From a virus (taxonomy: Duplodnaviria; Caudoviricetes), in the IMG/VR virus record IMGVR_UViG_3300032038_000003, positions 1 through 64,000 of that record: a stretch of 64,000 nt of DNA; one strand, given 5' to 3'. The position numbers and the translations under genes are program-made. Positions 47,178 to 57,995 of this stretch are shown here, piece after piece. Positions within the stretch are counted from its first letter, which is position 1. Each line of letters begins with the position of its first letter. The notes below the pieces were generated by a model that was not told the DNA's origin, did no database searches, and saw only the letters and a program-made list of their open reading frames with translations.

Positions 47178-47945
47178 ATGATTATATCTATTACAGAATC
47201 CTGTCACATGGGTTGTTCGCACTGTATGGATGATGCAAGGCCATGCGACAAACACATGTCTATGAAAACATTTCAAGATGCAATAAGCTTTTTTAATCAG
47301 TTTGGCGGTATTGAATGTTTAATTACTGGTGGAGAGCCAACTGATAATCCAGAATGGATTAAAATGCTTGAGTATGCGTTAGAACACGCACATGGGTCTA
47401 CTGGCACTGGCATTGCACATATTACATTAGCTACAAATGCAATGAATATAGCCAACAATCGTGACATACAAACATATTTACTATTACTTATGCAGCGTTA
47501 TCCTGGTAAACTAAACATACAAGTAACTCATGTAGACAAATATTATCCGCATGATGTTGATCTGTCTCAAAGCTTTTTCCATTGTGGACCAGTTGTTGTA
47601 TGTAATTCCATTGAAGCAATTTATCCAATGGGTAGAGCAAGAGATAATCAAATGCCATGGCAAGCAAAGTGTAGTAAGTGTTTTAATATCAGATTAGCTA
47701 CAAGATCATTTCGTGATTTAAGTAAAGCGAGTATTATGTTAGCTATGAGAGGTAAGTTTTGTACTCCTCAAGTAAGTATCAACGGAGAGGTTAAACTTGG
47801 AGAGAGTACGTTGTGTCCGCCATGTAGCAGTATTTATACTGGAACTGAACAGTTAATCAATGATATTTGTAATTTTCATTGTAGTGGCTGTGACATGATT
47901 AATAAACACCTAACACCAGAACAAAGAAAGGCTATAGGAGAATAG
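47178..47945 (+). CDS. Radical SAM protein
   Basis: CHMGCSHC and TGGEP. Confidence 0.9.
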   Translation: MIISITESCHMGCSHCMDDARPCDKHMSMKTFQDAISFFNQFGGIECLITGGEPTDNPEWIKMLEYALEHAHGSTGTGIAHITLATNAMNIANNRDIQTYLLLLMQRYPGKLNIQVTHVDKYYPHDVDLSQSFFHCGPVVVCNSIEAIYPMGRARDNQMPWQAKCSKCFNIRLATRSFRDLSKASIMLAMRGKFCTPQVSINGEVKLGESTLCPPCSSIYTGTEQLINDICNFHCSGCDMINKHLTPEQRKAIGE

Positions 47946-47947
47946 AG

Positions 47948-48712
47948 ATGCTTTATTTAAAGAACAAAAACGAAATATCTTTAGATAACTTTCAACGTTT
48001 TGATGCAAGTAATTGGGATGAACTAAAGAATCGTATTTCATATAAATTAGTAAACAAGAGAGTTTTTCATGCTTCAGAAGATGTAGATGATATTGTTTAC
48101 GAAGACTGTATGGATTTGTCTAAAGTATATATCGTTACAGAAGTATCTCAAGATAGAAAAAATATCATCTCATATACTTTAAAGCATCAAGACCTGGAAC
48201 GTTTTCAGAAAGATACAGATGAATTATATATGCAAGTGTATAGTAATTATCTTCGAGATATCAATAGAAGAATACGTACACTTAAAGAAGACGTGTTAGC
48301 ACATGAAATTTTATATCCTTTAATGGGAAGTAAAAAAGATATTATGCTAAGCGGAGTAAACATGCTTATTGAAGATTCATCTAAATACAAAGACAATGTC
48401 TTGTTTGTCACGAATAAATATAATGTTTTCGGTACATCATATATGCTTGACCATTCTACATTAGACGAAGTTCATGATAGAATGGGATGTGATTTCTATA
48501 TCATTCCAACATCTGTACACCAGTTTATGTGTGTAAGTAGGGATTATGTCACAAAAGGCAAAGATTCTATGGAAGTTGAGGATGATTTACTTGATATGTT
48601 ATACAAAATGAATTCAGAAAATAAAAATACTGAAGACATATTAAGTTATAGAATCTATTTGTACTTGCATGATGATGGACATATTTTGTTCCCAATCAAA
48701 CAAAAACTATGA
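47948..48712 (+). CDS. DUF5688-like protein
   Basis: FYIIPTSVH..VN-type C-terminal motif, paralog of 60634. Confidence 0.65.
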   Translation: MLYLKNKNEISLDNFQRFDASNWDELKNRISYKLVNKRVFHASEDVDDIVYEDCMDLSKVYIVTEVSQDRKNIISYTLKHQDLERFQKDTDELYMQVYSNYLRDINRRIRTLKEDVLAHEILYPLMGSKKDIMLSGVNMLIEDSSKYKDNVLFVTNKYNVFGTSYMLDHSTLDEVHDRMGCDFYIIPTSVHQFMCVSRDYVTKGKDSMEVEDDLLDMLYKMNSENKNTEDILSYRIYLYLHDDGHILFPIKQKL

Positions 48713-49099
48713 TTGAAAGGAGAAAAATATATGCTGGGAACTATTACAAAGTACAACTACGAAAAGCTTTATGGATTTATTCTTGGTGATGATAACCAAG
48801 AATATTTTTTTGCTAATGCAGATTTTAAAAACAATCCTAAGAAGTTTAAAGGCAAGCGTGTAAAGTTTGTACCAGATTATAACAATACAGAAGAACAGCA
48901 TCCAAGAGCAACAGAAATCTATACGCTTGGAAGAGACACTATTACTCTGGTTGCTGTACTCGATATTGAATCTTCAGAACCATATCCACAAGATATTGGA
49001 AAGACCTTAAAAGTAATGGTAGAACGAGAAATAGAGAAATTGAAAACTATTGAAGGTACTACCATTACTGGTACGGTATCAGTTGGGAGGCAGCTATGA
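48713..49099 (+). CDS. Cold-shock/OB-fold domain protein
   Basis: GTITKYNYEKLYGFI..EYFF. Confidence 0.65.
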   Translation: MKGEKYMLGTITKYNYEKLYGFILGDDNQEYFFANADFKNNPKKFKGKRVKFVPDYNNTEEQHPRATEIYTLGRDTITLVAVLDIESSEPYPQDIGKTLKVMVEREIEKLKTIEGTTITGTVSVGRQL

Positions 49100-49539
49100 T
49101 AGTAAAAGCTAAATACCATAAAGAGATTGAAGTCACAGACGATATCTCCCAGGAAGAAATTGACCGAATCTGCCAATACGGGATGCCAAATAGATTCGAT
49201 TGTATGGCAGACGAAATCGACAACGAGAAACCACTTGAATTTGGTAGTTGGGAATTCGTTGAAGATAAGTATTATAAACCAACTCAAAACATACCAAAAC
49301 AAGAAGAATCGACTGAAGAAGTCAAAAAGACCGATAGACAACTTACAGTAATGAAATGGTTAATGCCTATTGTTTTCGGCATAGTTTTCGGTATTGTTTG
49401 GGGATTTATTAAATATAGTTTTTGGTTTGGCTTACTGAACGTTGGTTTATATATTGCAGTATGGATTCCAGTGACCACAGTAGTCAACTGGGTAAGAAAA
49501 GTAAATAAATTTATGGAAGGAGACGGACGAAATGTTTAA
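49096..49539 (+). CDS. Membrane protein (2 TM)
   Basis: Hydrophobic C-terminus. Confidence 0.7.
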   Translation: MIVKAKYHKEIEVTDDISQEEIDRICQYGMPNRFDCMADEIDNEKPLEFGSWEFVEDKYYKPTQNIPKQEESTEEVKKTDRQLTVMKWLMPIVFGIVFGIVWGFIKYSFWFGLLNVGLYIAVWIPVTTVVNWVRKVNKFMEGDGRNV

Positions 49540-50734
49540 CATTCAGATCGCAAAGGATGATTTGGCAGAGGCTCTGTCTTATGTCGAATCAACAGTAGGT
49601 AACAACAGTCAGAATCTCGGTGACGATTGTGTATCAATCACCGATATGGGTACAAATACTCTTGATATATATACTACGAATGGTATTGAGTTTTCAAGAG
49701 TACAGGTAGTTTTAACGAGCGGTTCTTCTGGTAAAACAGAAAGAATGCCATACGTTAACTACAAGAGGTTTAAGTCAATGATAGACTCTATTCCGAATGG
49801 AGAATATATCTCTATCAAAGCAACAGTTAACGATATTGAGATTAATTATGGTACGAGAAAGAAGCCATTAAAGTTGACAGGATCAACAAATGGTATCATT
49901 CCGTTACCTCAGAACAGCGGTTCTATTATTACAATCAACAAGGATATTGTAGAGAAAGGTCTTACACAGGCTTGTAGTATTATCAAAGATGATACAAACA
50001 GTGCTCTTACCAACTGTATCCGTATTCACACAAATGCTTTTAATGTAGAAATTACTGCTGTTGATATTAAGAACAACAGAATGTTTGTGCATAAAGGCGT
50101 AACAACAGAGAGTAATAATGGCGACGTTATTATCGAGGCCAACAAGTTCAAGAAAGCATTTAAGCTTTTTAAAGACTTTCGTGATCTTGAATTTGAATGC
50201 GGTACAAGCGTCATTAAGGTATCTGGTGCAGATCCAGTAAATAGATCATCACAGATGATTATGGGCGTAGAATATTACTCCAGAGTTCTTGCTGGTAATT
50301 ATCCAACTACGGTAGGTGCAATGTTCAACAATGTTACTGAGTTCGCAGTTGTAAACAAGGACGAATTAAAGTCAAGTTTAATTCGTATCAATGCAATTGA
50401 GGACAATACCATTGGTTCTGGAACAATGGAATTAAAGATCGATAAGAACATGGTAAACATTGTGAAAACCTCTCAGTATGGTACTGTCGAGGATAGTTTC
50501 AGCCTTGAGAACGAGATCGGTACACCAATTATTGAAACATTTAAGTCAAAGCCTTTAGCAGAAGTTTTGAAGAATTTTACTGATAATGGTACTTATGGTA
50601 CTCCAAATACATTTGAGATTGGTAAAAGTAATGCTAATGGTAATGCGAATTATTATGTGTTAAAGGAAACTGGTGCTACTGGCAGCATGTTCCTTATTAC
50701 AGGCTTTGGTTCAGCATCACCGACTAATCCATAA
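49532..50734 (+). CDS. dnaN: DNA polymerase III beta sliding clamp (divergent)
   Basis: ~400 aa three-domain pattern, SRVLAGNYP, upstream of dnaE. Confidence 0.75.
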   Translation: MFNIQIAKDDLAEALSYVESTVGNNSQNLGDDCVSITDMGTNTLDIYTTNGIEFSRVQVVLTSGSSGKTERMPYVNYKRFKSMIDSIPNGEYISIKATVNDIEINYGTRKKPLKLTGSTNGIIPLPQNSGSIITINKDIVEKGLTQACSIIKDDTNSALTNCIRIHTNAFNVEITAVDIKNNRMFVHKGVTTESNNGDVIIEANKFKKAFKLFKDFRDLEFECGTSVIKVSGADPVNRSSQMIMGVEYYSRVLAGNYPTTVGAMFNNVTEFAVVNKDELKSSLIRINAIEDNTIGSGTMELKIDKNMVNIVKTSQYGTVEDSFSLENEIGTPIIETFKSKPLAEVLKNFTDNGTYGTPNTFEIGKSNANGNANYYVLKETGATGSMFLITGFGSASPTNP

Positions 50735-50774
50735 GTTTTGTGTCTTCCTTGTGTTTAGTGGTATTGATATAATA

Positions 50775-50786
50775 TTGCTAACGCAA
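50775..50786 (+). promoter_or_regulatory. Hairpin promoter candidate 16, upstream of dnaE
   Basis: TTGC-TAAC-GCAA, GACGAA at +9..14. Confidence 0.65.
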
Positions 50787-50816
50787 GGAAGACGAATACT
50801 TTGAAAGGAGAAAGTC

Positions 50817-53800
50817 ATGAAGAAACAATTCGCTTATTTACATAATCATACAAAATTCTCTATCCAGGATGCTATGCCAAGTCCAAAGGATTATGTTGAT
50901 AAAGTATACGAAATCAATCAGACCAGTAATGATTATGAATGTATCGCATTAGCGTTAACAGATCATGGCAACATATCTGTATTGCCACAGCAATACAATG
51001 CTTGCTTAAAACCAGATGATCCAAATAGAAAGATTAAACCGTTATTTGGATTTGAAGCATATCATTGCGTCGATGTAAATAATAATCCAAACGGTGATAG
51101 ATTTCATATGGTTCTTTTGGCAAAGAATCAGAAGGGTTTAGAGAATATATATCAGATTGCGTCTCATGGCGGAATGAATATTGTTAAAGGACGTACAAAG
51201 AATTTTCCAGTAACCGATTTGGATTTTATAAAGAACCACGGTGAGGGCGTAATATGTCTTACAGCATGTATTGCTGGTATCATTCCACAAATGATATTGA
51301 ATGGAAAAGAAACGGATGCTATTGATTTAATATCCAAATTAAAGATATATGTAGACGAACTTTATCTTGAGGTACAACCTCTGGATATTCCAGAACAATT
51401 ACTTGTGAATGAAGCAATGGTACGCTTATCTCAAAGTACCAATACAAAGTTGGTAATGACTTGCGATGCTCATTATATCGAGAAGTCTGATAAACAGTAT
51501 CATAATTTATTTAAAGAAATTTCACATCAGAAACCGTTTACTACGGAAAATTATTTGCGTACACCAGAAGAAATGGAACAGTATTGTTTACAGTACAATA
51601 TTCCATTAGAGGCAATCACGAATAGTGCAGAAATTGCGAATATGTGTGACGTGGATCCAAAGCCAAAAGACCATAGAGCGTTACTGCCTATTTATCCATG
51701 CCCTGTAGGATATGATGAATCCAGTTATCTTCGTGAGTTATGTATTCAGTTTTTAAACGATAAGATAATCGAGAAGAAAATTACAGAGCCAGAGAAATAT
51801 ATCAAAGAAATGTTATATGAACTTGATGTTATATGTAACGCTGGTTTTGCTGGTTATTTCTTAATCTTATGGGATTGGTTTAAGTGGTGTAGAGATAATG
51901 ATATCTTGACTGGACCAGGTAGAGGTAGTGCCGCTGGTAGTATTGTCAGTTATGTTCTAAATATTACCAAGGTAGACCCTATTAAGAACGGTTTCTATTT
52001 TGAAAGATTCTTATCTCCAGAAAGACTTGAATTTCCAGATGTTGATACAGATATACCAAGAGATAAAAGAGCAGATGCTATCAATTATCTGTTGGGTAAA
52101 TATGGTAAAGAAAATGTATCACAGATAGTTACTTTCGGAGAATATAAGGTCAAAAACACCATTAAAGCAGTGCTATCTAAATATAATTGTCCAATAGTAG
52201 AGGCAAATAAAATAACCAAATCATTACCAGATATGGTAGACGGTAAAGCTGTTACTTTTGATTTGCTTGAGCATAGGCACAATAATCCAGATGATTATGA
52301 TTCGTGGGAAGAGACAGACCTTAAAACGCTTGATAAAGCATGGGAGACGTTAGAAGAAGTGTTCCAGCAATATCCTCAAGTGTATGATGCATTAAAGCAT
52401 ATCAGTGGTTGTTATAATAACACTGGTATTCATGCTGGTGGTGTTATTATCTGTAACAAACCTATCAATCAAAATGGCCAGGTTATGATGGGTAGTGAAA
52501 CTGCCGTATTACCTATTTTGCAATTTGAAATGGGTGATCTGGATTTCTTTGGTTTCCTTAAGATTGATGTTTTAGGACTCAAGACTCTTGATACTATTAA
52601 GTATGCTATGGATTTGGCTCATTTAAATTATGACTGGTATGATAGTGAAGATTATACCGATCCAGAAGTATATAGAATGTTAAGAGAAGGAGAAACAACA
52701 GACGTATTCCAGATGGCAAAATATTCGCCAACAAAAATGATATCAGACTTTAACGTAACCAATATCGAAGGATTATGTGCTGTTAATGCTGGTAATCGCC
52801 CTGGCCCTCTTGAGAAAGATAAGAATACTGGTAAATCTATGGTTGATTTATATATTGATCATGTTAAGACTAATACACCAGAAGATTGGGGTAATTCAGA
52901 TGTAAATGAAATTCTTAAACAAACCTATGGCTGTATCTGGTATCAAGAGAATTGTATGATGCTTGGAAGAGTAATGGCTGGTTATTCTATGGGAGGAGCT
53001 GACAGTCGCATCCGTAAAGTGCTCGGCAAGAAAAAAGTTAAGATGATACCAGAAATTAAGAATGAATTTATCTATGGTAAAAAATCTATTTTTGATGAAG
53101 ACCACAATGTAATAGGTATGTCTGATGAACCATCAGATTATTGTGAGGGTGCAGTTAATAGAGGATATGATTTACAGTTATGTGAGAAGATATTTGATAA
53201 CATGGCAGCTTTTGCTAAGTATAGTTTCAATAAATCTCATTCATTCTGTTATGGTGTTCTTGCGTATAAGACCGCTTGGCTGTCATATCATTATCCGATT
53301 GAATTTGCTATTGCAAACTGTACTATCAATGAGAAAGAGGAAGATATTATATCTACTCTTGCAAGTGCAAGAAAGAGAAAAATCAGAGTTCTTCCACCAG
53401 ATATTAATAAGTCTCAAGTAGACTTTTCAAATGATAACGGAGCAATTCGTTATGGTATTAAGGCTATTAAAGGCGTTGGCTCAAGAGTAATTGATTTCTT
53501 ACGAGATTATAAGTTAATGGACAATGTACCGTTCCAGAATCTTGATGATTTTTATAGCAGAATTCATAATACGAGTAATCCAATTGTATCGTCTTTGATA
53601 AATAGCATTCAGCAACAGACTGGAAAGGCAAGTCCTAATCCGTTAAAGAAAGATGTTGAGATAGCATTGATACTGTCTGGTTGTTTTGATTTTCAAGAGA
53701 AGAACAGATTTACTCTTGTTAATTATTATATTTCTAACATCAGAAAAGAAAATCCTTCGACAATTAAGATTATGGGAGAAGATAAAAAGTTTCCGTTAGA

Positions 53801-54284
53801 TGATAAGAAGTATGATAGTAAACAGAAATTGGCACTTGAAATGTTCTATATGGGTGCATATATATCAGAGCATCCACTTGATAAGTTCCCTTATATCGAC
53901 CTTGATGCTGCACAAGAAGGCGAAAAGGTTCGTATAGGTGGAATAGTTACAGGAGTAACCAAGAAACAAACAAGAACTGGTAAAGATTATCTTGTAATTA
54001 AGTTTAAGGGAAAAGATGATATCGAAAGAAATACAAATATGTTTTTCGAAGATAGAGTTAAATCGCTTGAGCAAGACCTTAAGAAGAATCAGATTATTGT
54101 AGTAACTGGTACATATAGTCAGAGGTATCACAATATTAATGCTTCTAATATTAAAATCCAGATAGACAAGAAACAAATGCTTCAGCAAGAAAATTTACAG
54201 ATCAATACAGTACAGAATCAACAGGTTCCAGTAGGTATGCCAGTCGTCCAAGCACCAGACATGTTCAAGGGATTATTTGATTAA
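50817..54284 (+). CDS. dnaE: DNA polymerase III alpha subunit
   Basis: PHP HNHT/TDHG, GRGSAAGS, FPDVDTD, KIDVLGL, YSFNKSHS. Confidence 0.97.
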   Translation: MKKQFAYLHNHTKFSIQDAMPSPKDYVDKVYEINQTSNDYECIALALTDHGNISVLPQQYNACLKPDDPNRKIKPLFGFEAYHCVDVNNNPNGDRFHMVLLAKNQKGLENIYQIASHGGMNIVKGRTKNFPVTDLDFIKNHGEGVICLTACIAGIIPQMILNGKETDAIDLISKLKIYVDELYLEVQPLDIPEQLLVNEAMVRLSQSTNTKLVMTCDAHYIEKSDKQYHNLFKEISHQKPFTTENYLRTPEEMEQYCLQYNIPLEAITNSAEIANMCDVDPKPKDHRALLPIYPCPVGYDESSYLRELCIQFLNDKIIEKKITEPEKYIKEMLYELDVICNAGFAGYFLILWDWFKWCRDNDILTGPGRGSAAGSIVSYVLNITKVDPIKNGFYFERFLSPERLEFPDVDTDIPRDKRADAINYLLGKYGKENVSQIVTFGEYKVKNTIKAVLSKYNCPIVEANKITKSLPDMVDGKAVTFDLLEHRHNNPDDYDSWEETDLKTLDKAWETLEEVFQQYPQVYDALKHISGCYNNTGIHAGGVIICNKPINQNGQVMMGSETAVLPILQFEMGDLDFFGFLKIDVLGLKTLDTIKYAMDLAHLNYDWYDSEDYTDPEVYRMLREGETTDVFQMAKYSPTKMISDFNVTNIEGLCAVNAGNRPGPLEKDKNTGKSMVDLYIDHVKTNTPEDWGNSDVNEILKQTYGCIWYQENCMMLGRVMAGYSMGGADSRIRKVLGKKKVKMIPEIKNEFIYGKKSIFDEDHNVIGMSDEPSDYCEGAVNRGYDLQLCEKIFDNMAAFAKYSFNKSHSFCYGVLAYKTAWLSYHYPIEFAIANCTINEKEEDIISTLASARKRKIRVLPPDINKSQVDFSNDNGAIRYGIKAIKGVGSRVIDFLRDYKLMDNVPFQNLDDFYSRIHNTSNPIVSSLINSIQQQTGKASPNPLKKDVEIALILSGCFDFQEKNRFTLVNYYISNIRKENPSTIKIMGEDKKFPLDDKKYDSKQKLALEMFYMGAYISEHPLDKFPYIDLDAAQEGEKVRIGGIVTGVTKKQTRTGKDYLVIKFKGKDDIERNTNMFFEDRVKSLEQDLKKNQIIVVTGTYSQRYHNINASNIKIQIDKKQMLQQENLQINTVQNQQVPVGMPVVQAPDMFKGLFD

Positions 54285-54286
54285 GG

Positions 54287-54333
54287 TTGATTATTGCCCG
54301 ATAATGTAATATAATGTTACATATCGGGCAATA
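54287..54333 (+). promoter_or_regulatory. sigmaA-like promoter embedded in a long palindrome
   Basis: TTGATT-17-TATAAT overlapping TTATTGCCCGAT..ATCGGGCAATAA. Confidence 0.5.
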
Positions 54334-54350
54334 ATTGTAAGGAGAATCCT

Positions 54351-54590
54351 ATGAAAGCAGAAGATATTGAGTTTATTGTAAACAACTACAAAAACGAAAA
54401 GCCTAGAATACAGGAAGAGATTAAGGATGAATTATCAGAACAAGAAACCATTCAGATATATAATGAGTTGATTCAAGTTTTGAGTAAGCACAATGTATCG
54501 TATAAGTGTGCTTTGAACATATCTATATCTTTAATGTATGCTTTTATGACTGGTGCAGCAGAATTGTACGATAATGAAATGAATCCCTAA
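54351..54590 (+). CDS. Hypothetical protein
   Basis: ORF with SD. Confidence 0.7.
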   Translation: MKAEDIEFIVNNYKNEKPRIQEEIKDELSEQETIQIYNELIQVLSKHNVSYKCALNISISLMYAFMTGAAELYDNEMNP

Positions 54591-54596
54591 CGGGAT
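54583..54596 (+). promoter_or_regulatory. Hairpin promoter candidate 17; loop TAA doubles as stop codon
   Basis: ATCCC-TAAC-GGGAT, GG at +12..13. Confidence 0.7.
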
Positions 54597-54647
54597 AACA
54601 AAGGTATTTTAACCATTCCAAATCAAAATTGAAAGGAGAATAGTAAA

Positions 54648-55244
54648 ATGGTTAACACAAATAATTTATGCGTTTTTGAAGGTAGAGTTGCAAAAGATCC
54701 TAAGTTTAGTCAGATTAATGGACAGAATGGTACAATTGATAAAGTTGTATTTGATTTGGTAGTAGACAGAGGGATGAATGCACAGCAGAGACAGAACGCA
54801 CAGACTAATCAGCAGCAGACAGCTGATTTTATCCATTGTTCTATGATCGGTAACCAGGTTAATGCCTTTAGACAGTGGTGTCCAAAGGGAAAGGCTGTCA
54901 AGGTATTATGCCATTATACACAGTATACTTATACAGATAAGCAGACTGGTCAGACACAGTATGGACATCAGTTTGATGTCGACAATTTTGGCTTTACAAC
55001 AGCAGATGCAAAAGCATTAGGCGACGGCAGCAATGCTGGTGGCGGTAACTATGGACAGAACAATGGTGGCGGATACGCTCAGAACAACAATGGTAACTAT
55101 GGGCAGAATAACGGTGGAAATTATGGTGGTCAGCAGAATAATAACTATGGCAATAACCAGCAGAATAATGGAAACTTTATGAATGCTCCACAGCCACAGA
55201 GCAACTTTGATATGTTCAGCGATAATCCAGCATCACCGTTTTAA
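54648..55244 (+). CDS. ssb: Single-stranded DNA-binding protein (replicative)
   Basis: GRVAKDP, ADFIHC, G/N/Q-rich tail ending SPF. Confidence 0.9.
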   Translation: MVNTNNLCVFEGRVAKDPKFSQINGQNGTIDKVVFDLVVDRGMNAQQRQNAQTNQQQTADFIHCSMIGNQVNAFRQWCPKGKAVKVLCHYTQYTYTDKQTGQTQYGHQFDVDNFGFTTADAKALGDGSNAGGGNYGQNNGGGYAQNNNGNYGQNNGGNYGGQQNNNYGNNQQNNGNFMNAPQPQSNFDMFSDNPASPF

Positions 55245-55270
55245 GTATAAGTAAGTAGGAGGGTTCTTTT

Positions 55271-55624
55271 ATGAATCAAGAAGAGTATCAAAATGCTATT
55301 AATGAAGAAGTAAAAGGATCTGAATCTGCTGTAAGAAAGATGCTTCTATATTACGTATCAGCTTTACAATCAGTTGGTGTTGAAGATGTGAAACAATATA
55401 TTGCAACTCGGATAGGCGAAATGATTAGTCTATCCGAGGAGCAAGTTCAGTTTATTCTTGCGAATTTCAACAAAGAAAATAAACTTATAGAGAATCTTGA
55501 TAACAGCATTCAGCTTCTTGAGAAAATGAGAAAAGAGGAAAAGTTGGATTTAGAGTCTCTTGATATTGTTATTCAAGTGTTAAATCTAATTATGAAAGAT
55601 TATGATAACTTCAAATTACAATAA
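55271..55624 (+). CDS. Hypothetical protein
   Basis: ORF with SD. Confidence 0.7.
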   Translation: MNQEEYQNAINEEVKGSESAVRKMLLYYVSALQSVGVEDVKQYIATRIGEMISLSEEQVQFILANFNKENKLIENLDNSIQLLEKMRKEEKLDLESLDIVIQVLNLIMKDYDNFKLQ

Positions 55625-56072
55625 TAATTATGATGATTCAACAGCTGTTGGGTTGCATAATCTAAATCAGTTAAATCAGTTATATAATACAACCAATAGT
55701 ACAAATAGCACTGTATGGGAAACGGTATATACAAATTATGTTCCGTTTCAGAATCAGTATGTCTATGATACAGGCATTCAATGGAAGTATACTGCTGATA
55801 TTAGAGGATTAAGAGAGTATATGTTCGCTAATAATCTGTATAAAGAATTAAGCGATATTTTGTATGATCTATATCTGATTACTACTGATGAACAAGATTT
55901 TGAAGATAGTTTGTATCGTAATACTTTAGATTTAATATACGAATTTACACGTCCAGAACAAGCATTTGATGATTTATTAAACGAAGAGATATTTGATTAT
56001 AGGTCATTAAATAAAGTTATAAGCGAAGTAATAGAAGCATACCGAAACAATTTTGAAACGGAGGAGTTTTAA
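55602..56072 (+). CDS. Hypothetical protein
   Basis: ORF. Confidence 0.65.
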   Translation: MITSNYNNNYDDSTAVGLHNLNQLNQLYNTTNSTNSTVWETVYTNYVPFQNQYVYDTGIQWKYTADIRGLREYMFANNLYKELSDILYDLYLITTDEQDFEDSLYRNTLDLIYEFTRPEQAFDDLLNEEIFDYRSLNKVISEVIEAYRNNFETEEF

Positions 56073-57241
56073 TGGCTGAACAGAAAACACTAAATGAAAA
56101 AATGAAATTATTAAACGGTCTCCAGAAACAAGTAAACAAAAAGTATGGAGAACGTGCTTTAATGACTGGTAAAGAGGCTATTGAGAGTGGTGCGTTAGAT
56201 AATGTTATTACCGCAACACCATCTTTAGAGTTGAACCAGGCACTATATTGTGGTGGTTTAAGTGGAATCGTAGAATTATTTGGACCACCAGCATCTGGTA
56301 AGACAAGTCTTGCTATTGAAACTCTTGCACAGGCACAGAAGAACGACCCTAACTTTATTGCGTTATGGGTTGAAACAGAGCATTCAATTACTCAAGACAT
56401 TCTTGAACAGCATGGAGTAGATATCTCCAGAATCGCATTTGCAGACCAGGCACAAGTAGATAGTGCTGAAAGTGTATTGGATATTGCATATGCTGCTATG
56501 GTTCAGAATGCAGTCAATATGGTTATTGTTAACTCTGTTGCTGGCTTCTTGCCAAAGCAAGAATTTGAAAGCGATTTAGATAAGCAGAACGTAGGACGTA
56601 CTGCTCAGTTAATGTCTAAATTGTTCAGAAAGATTACTGGTCCAGCTGGTAAGAATAAAATCAATGTAATCTTCATCAATCAGTTAAGAGATAAGATTGG
56701 TGTTATGTTTGGTGACCCTTCTACTACTACTGGTGGTAGAGCGTTGGCATTCTATGCTGATCAGAGAATCAGAATGAGTGCTTTAAAGATACAGGCAGCA
56801 GACCCAATCACAGCCAATGAAGGTGTAAAGATTCATTGTATTGTTCAGAAGAACAGAAGGGCTGGTAAGCATAATCCAAATACTGAATGTACTTATTATG
56901 CTTTATTTGACCAGGGTATAGACTCTACTGTAAGTATCCCTCAGTTACTTGCAGATAAGGGTATTTTTGAAGTGTCTGGTCGTTGGTGGTATTATCCATC
57001 AAAAGATAATGTACAGTCACTTGCTGGTGTTGAATGTAAATTCGGTTCTAAGAGCGATTTACAGAATCTTTTACGCACAAATGAAGCTTTCAAGAATGAA
57101 GTAAAGAATTTATTAAGCGTAAGCGAAGTTTCCGTTGAAGAGAAAGAAAGAATTGATGCAGAAGAAGAGGCTAATAATGCCTTTATGATGGATGCTGAAG
57201 CGTCGTTACAGAACGAAGTAGGAGACGAGAGTGACGCTTAA
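56072..57241 (+). CDS. recA: RecA-like recombinase
   Basis: GPPASGKT, FINQLRDKIGVMFGDPSTTTGGRALAFYA. Confidence 0.95.
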   Translation: MAEQKTLNEKMKLLNGLQKQVNKKYGERALMTGKEAIESGALDNVITATPSLELNQALYCGGLSGIVELFGPPASGKTSLAIETLAQAQKNDPNFIALWVETEHSITQDILEQHGVDISRIAFADQAQVDSAESVLDIAYAAMVQNAVNMVIVNSVAGFLPKQEFESDLDKQNVGRTAQLMSKLFRKITGPAGKNKINVIFINQLRDKIGVMFGDPSTTTGGRALAFYADQRIRMSALKIQAADPITANEGVKIHCIVQKNRRAGKHNPNTECTYYALFDQGIDSTVSIPQLLADKGIFEVSGRWWYYPSKDNVQSLAGVECKFGSKSDLQNLLRTNEAFKNEVKNLLSVSEVSVEEKERIDAEEEANNAFMMDAEASLQNEVGDESDA

Positions 57242-57292
57242 TTTGCGTCACAATCGTCTTTTATTTATAATATCAAGTAAAGGAGAAAGAAA

Positions 57293-57970
57293 ATGGCTGG
57301 AGAAAAAGAAACAAAAGAAGTCATTGAGGAGGAATCTAAAGGCTTTGATTACAGACATGCAGCGTCTTTCAAGGTGTCTGATAAGTTTAAAGATAGATTC
57401 ATGACACGTTCTGCTGGCGGTCCTACAATGAGCGTAGATGGTCTGGTAGCATTAGGCCATGTAAAAGGATTATGGAAAATCGATGTAGAGATTTTACAGT
57501 ATCCAAATACAGATAATGGCAGAGAATGTGTATGTAAGGCTATCGTAGGCGGATACGGATGGGATCCGATTGAAGAGAAAGTAATCAGAGTAGAATTTAC
57601 AGATATTGGTGATGCAAGTCCAGCGAATACAAATGGACAGGTTGCAAAGGCTCTTATCCGTATGGCTTCTACAAGAGCAATCGGTAGAGCATTAAGAAAA
57701 TATACCAATATCGATATGGTATGTACCGAAGAACTTGGTGAAGATGATATCTCTACTGAATCAATGGAAGAAATTGCTTCTGTACAGATGGTTGATCAGC
57801 AGCAATTAATCACCATGAAAGGTTTGATTCAGCAAAAGGGTATCGACAAGGCTACTTTTGAAGCAATGCTTACCAAGACTTTTAATACAAGCGATTTCCA
57901 AAGATTGACTTTTGAACAGGCTAATACAATGATTCAAATTCTGAACAATTATGTTGCACCTTCGAAGTAA
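57293..57970 (+). CDS. Rad52/Sak-like single-strand annealing protein (putative)
   Basis: GDASPAN..IRMASTRAIGRALR. Confidence 0.6.
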   Translation: MAGEKETKEVIEEESKGFDYRHAASFKVSDKFKDRFMTRSAGGPTMSVDGLVALGHVKGLWKIDVEILQYPNTDNGRECVCKAIVGGYGWDPIEEKVIRVEFTDIGDASPANTNGQVAKALIRMASTRAIGRALRKYTNIDMVCTEELGEDDISTESMEEIASVQMVDQQQLITMKGLIQQKGIDKATFEAMLTKTFNTSDFQRLTFEQANTMIQILNNYVAPSK

Positions 57971-57995
57971 TTAGGTATCAAACAACGAAAGGAGT

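Noticed and set aside
50817-57241. Inteins or introns in dnaE or recA
   Set aside because: Lengths are normal and no intein splice or LAGLIDADG motifs are visible.
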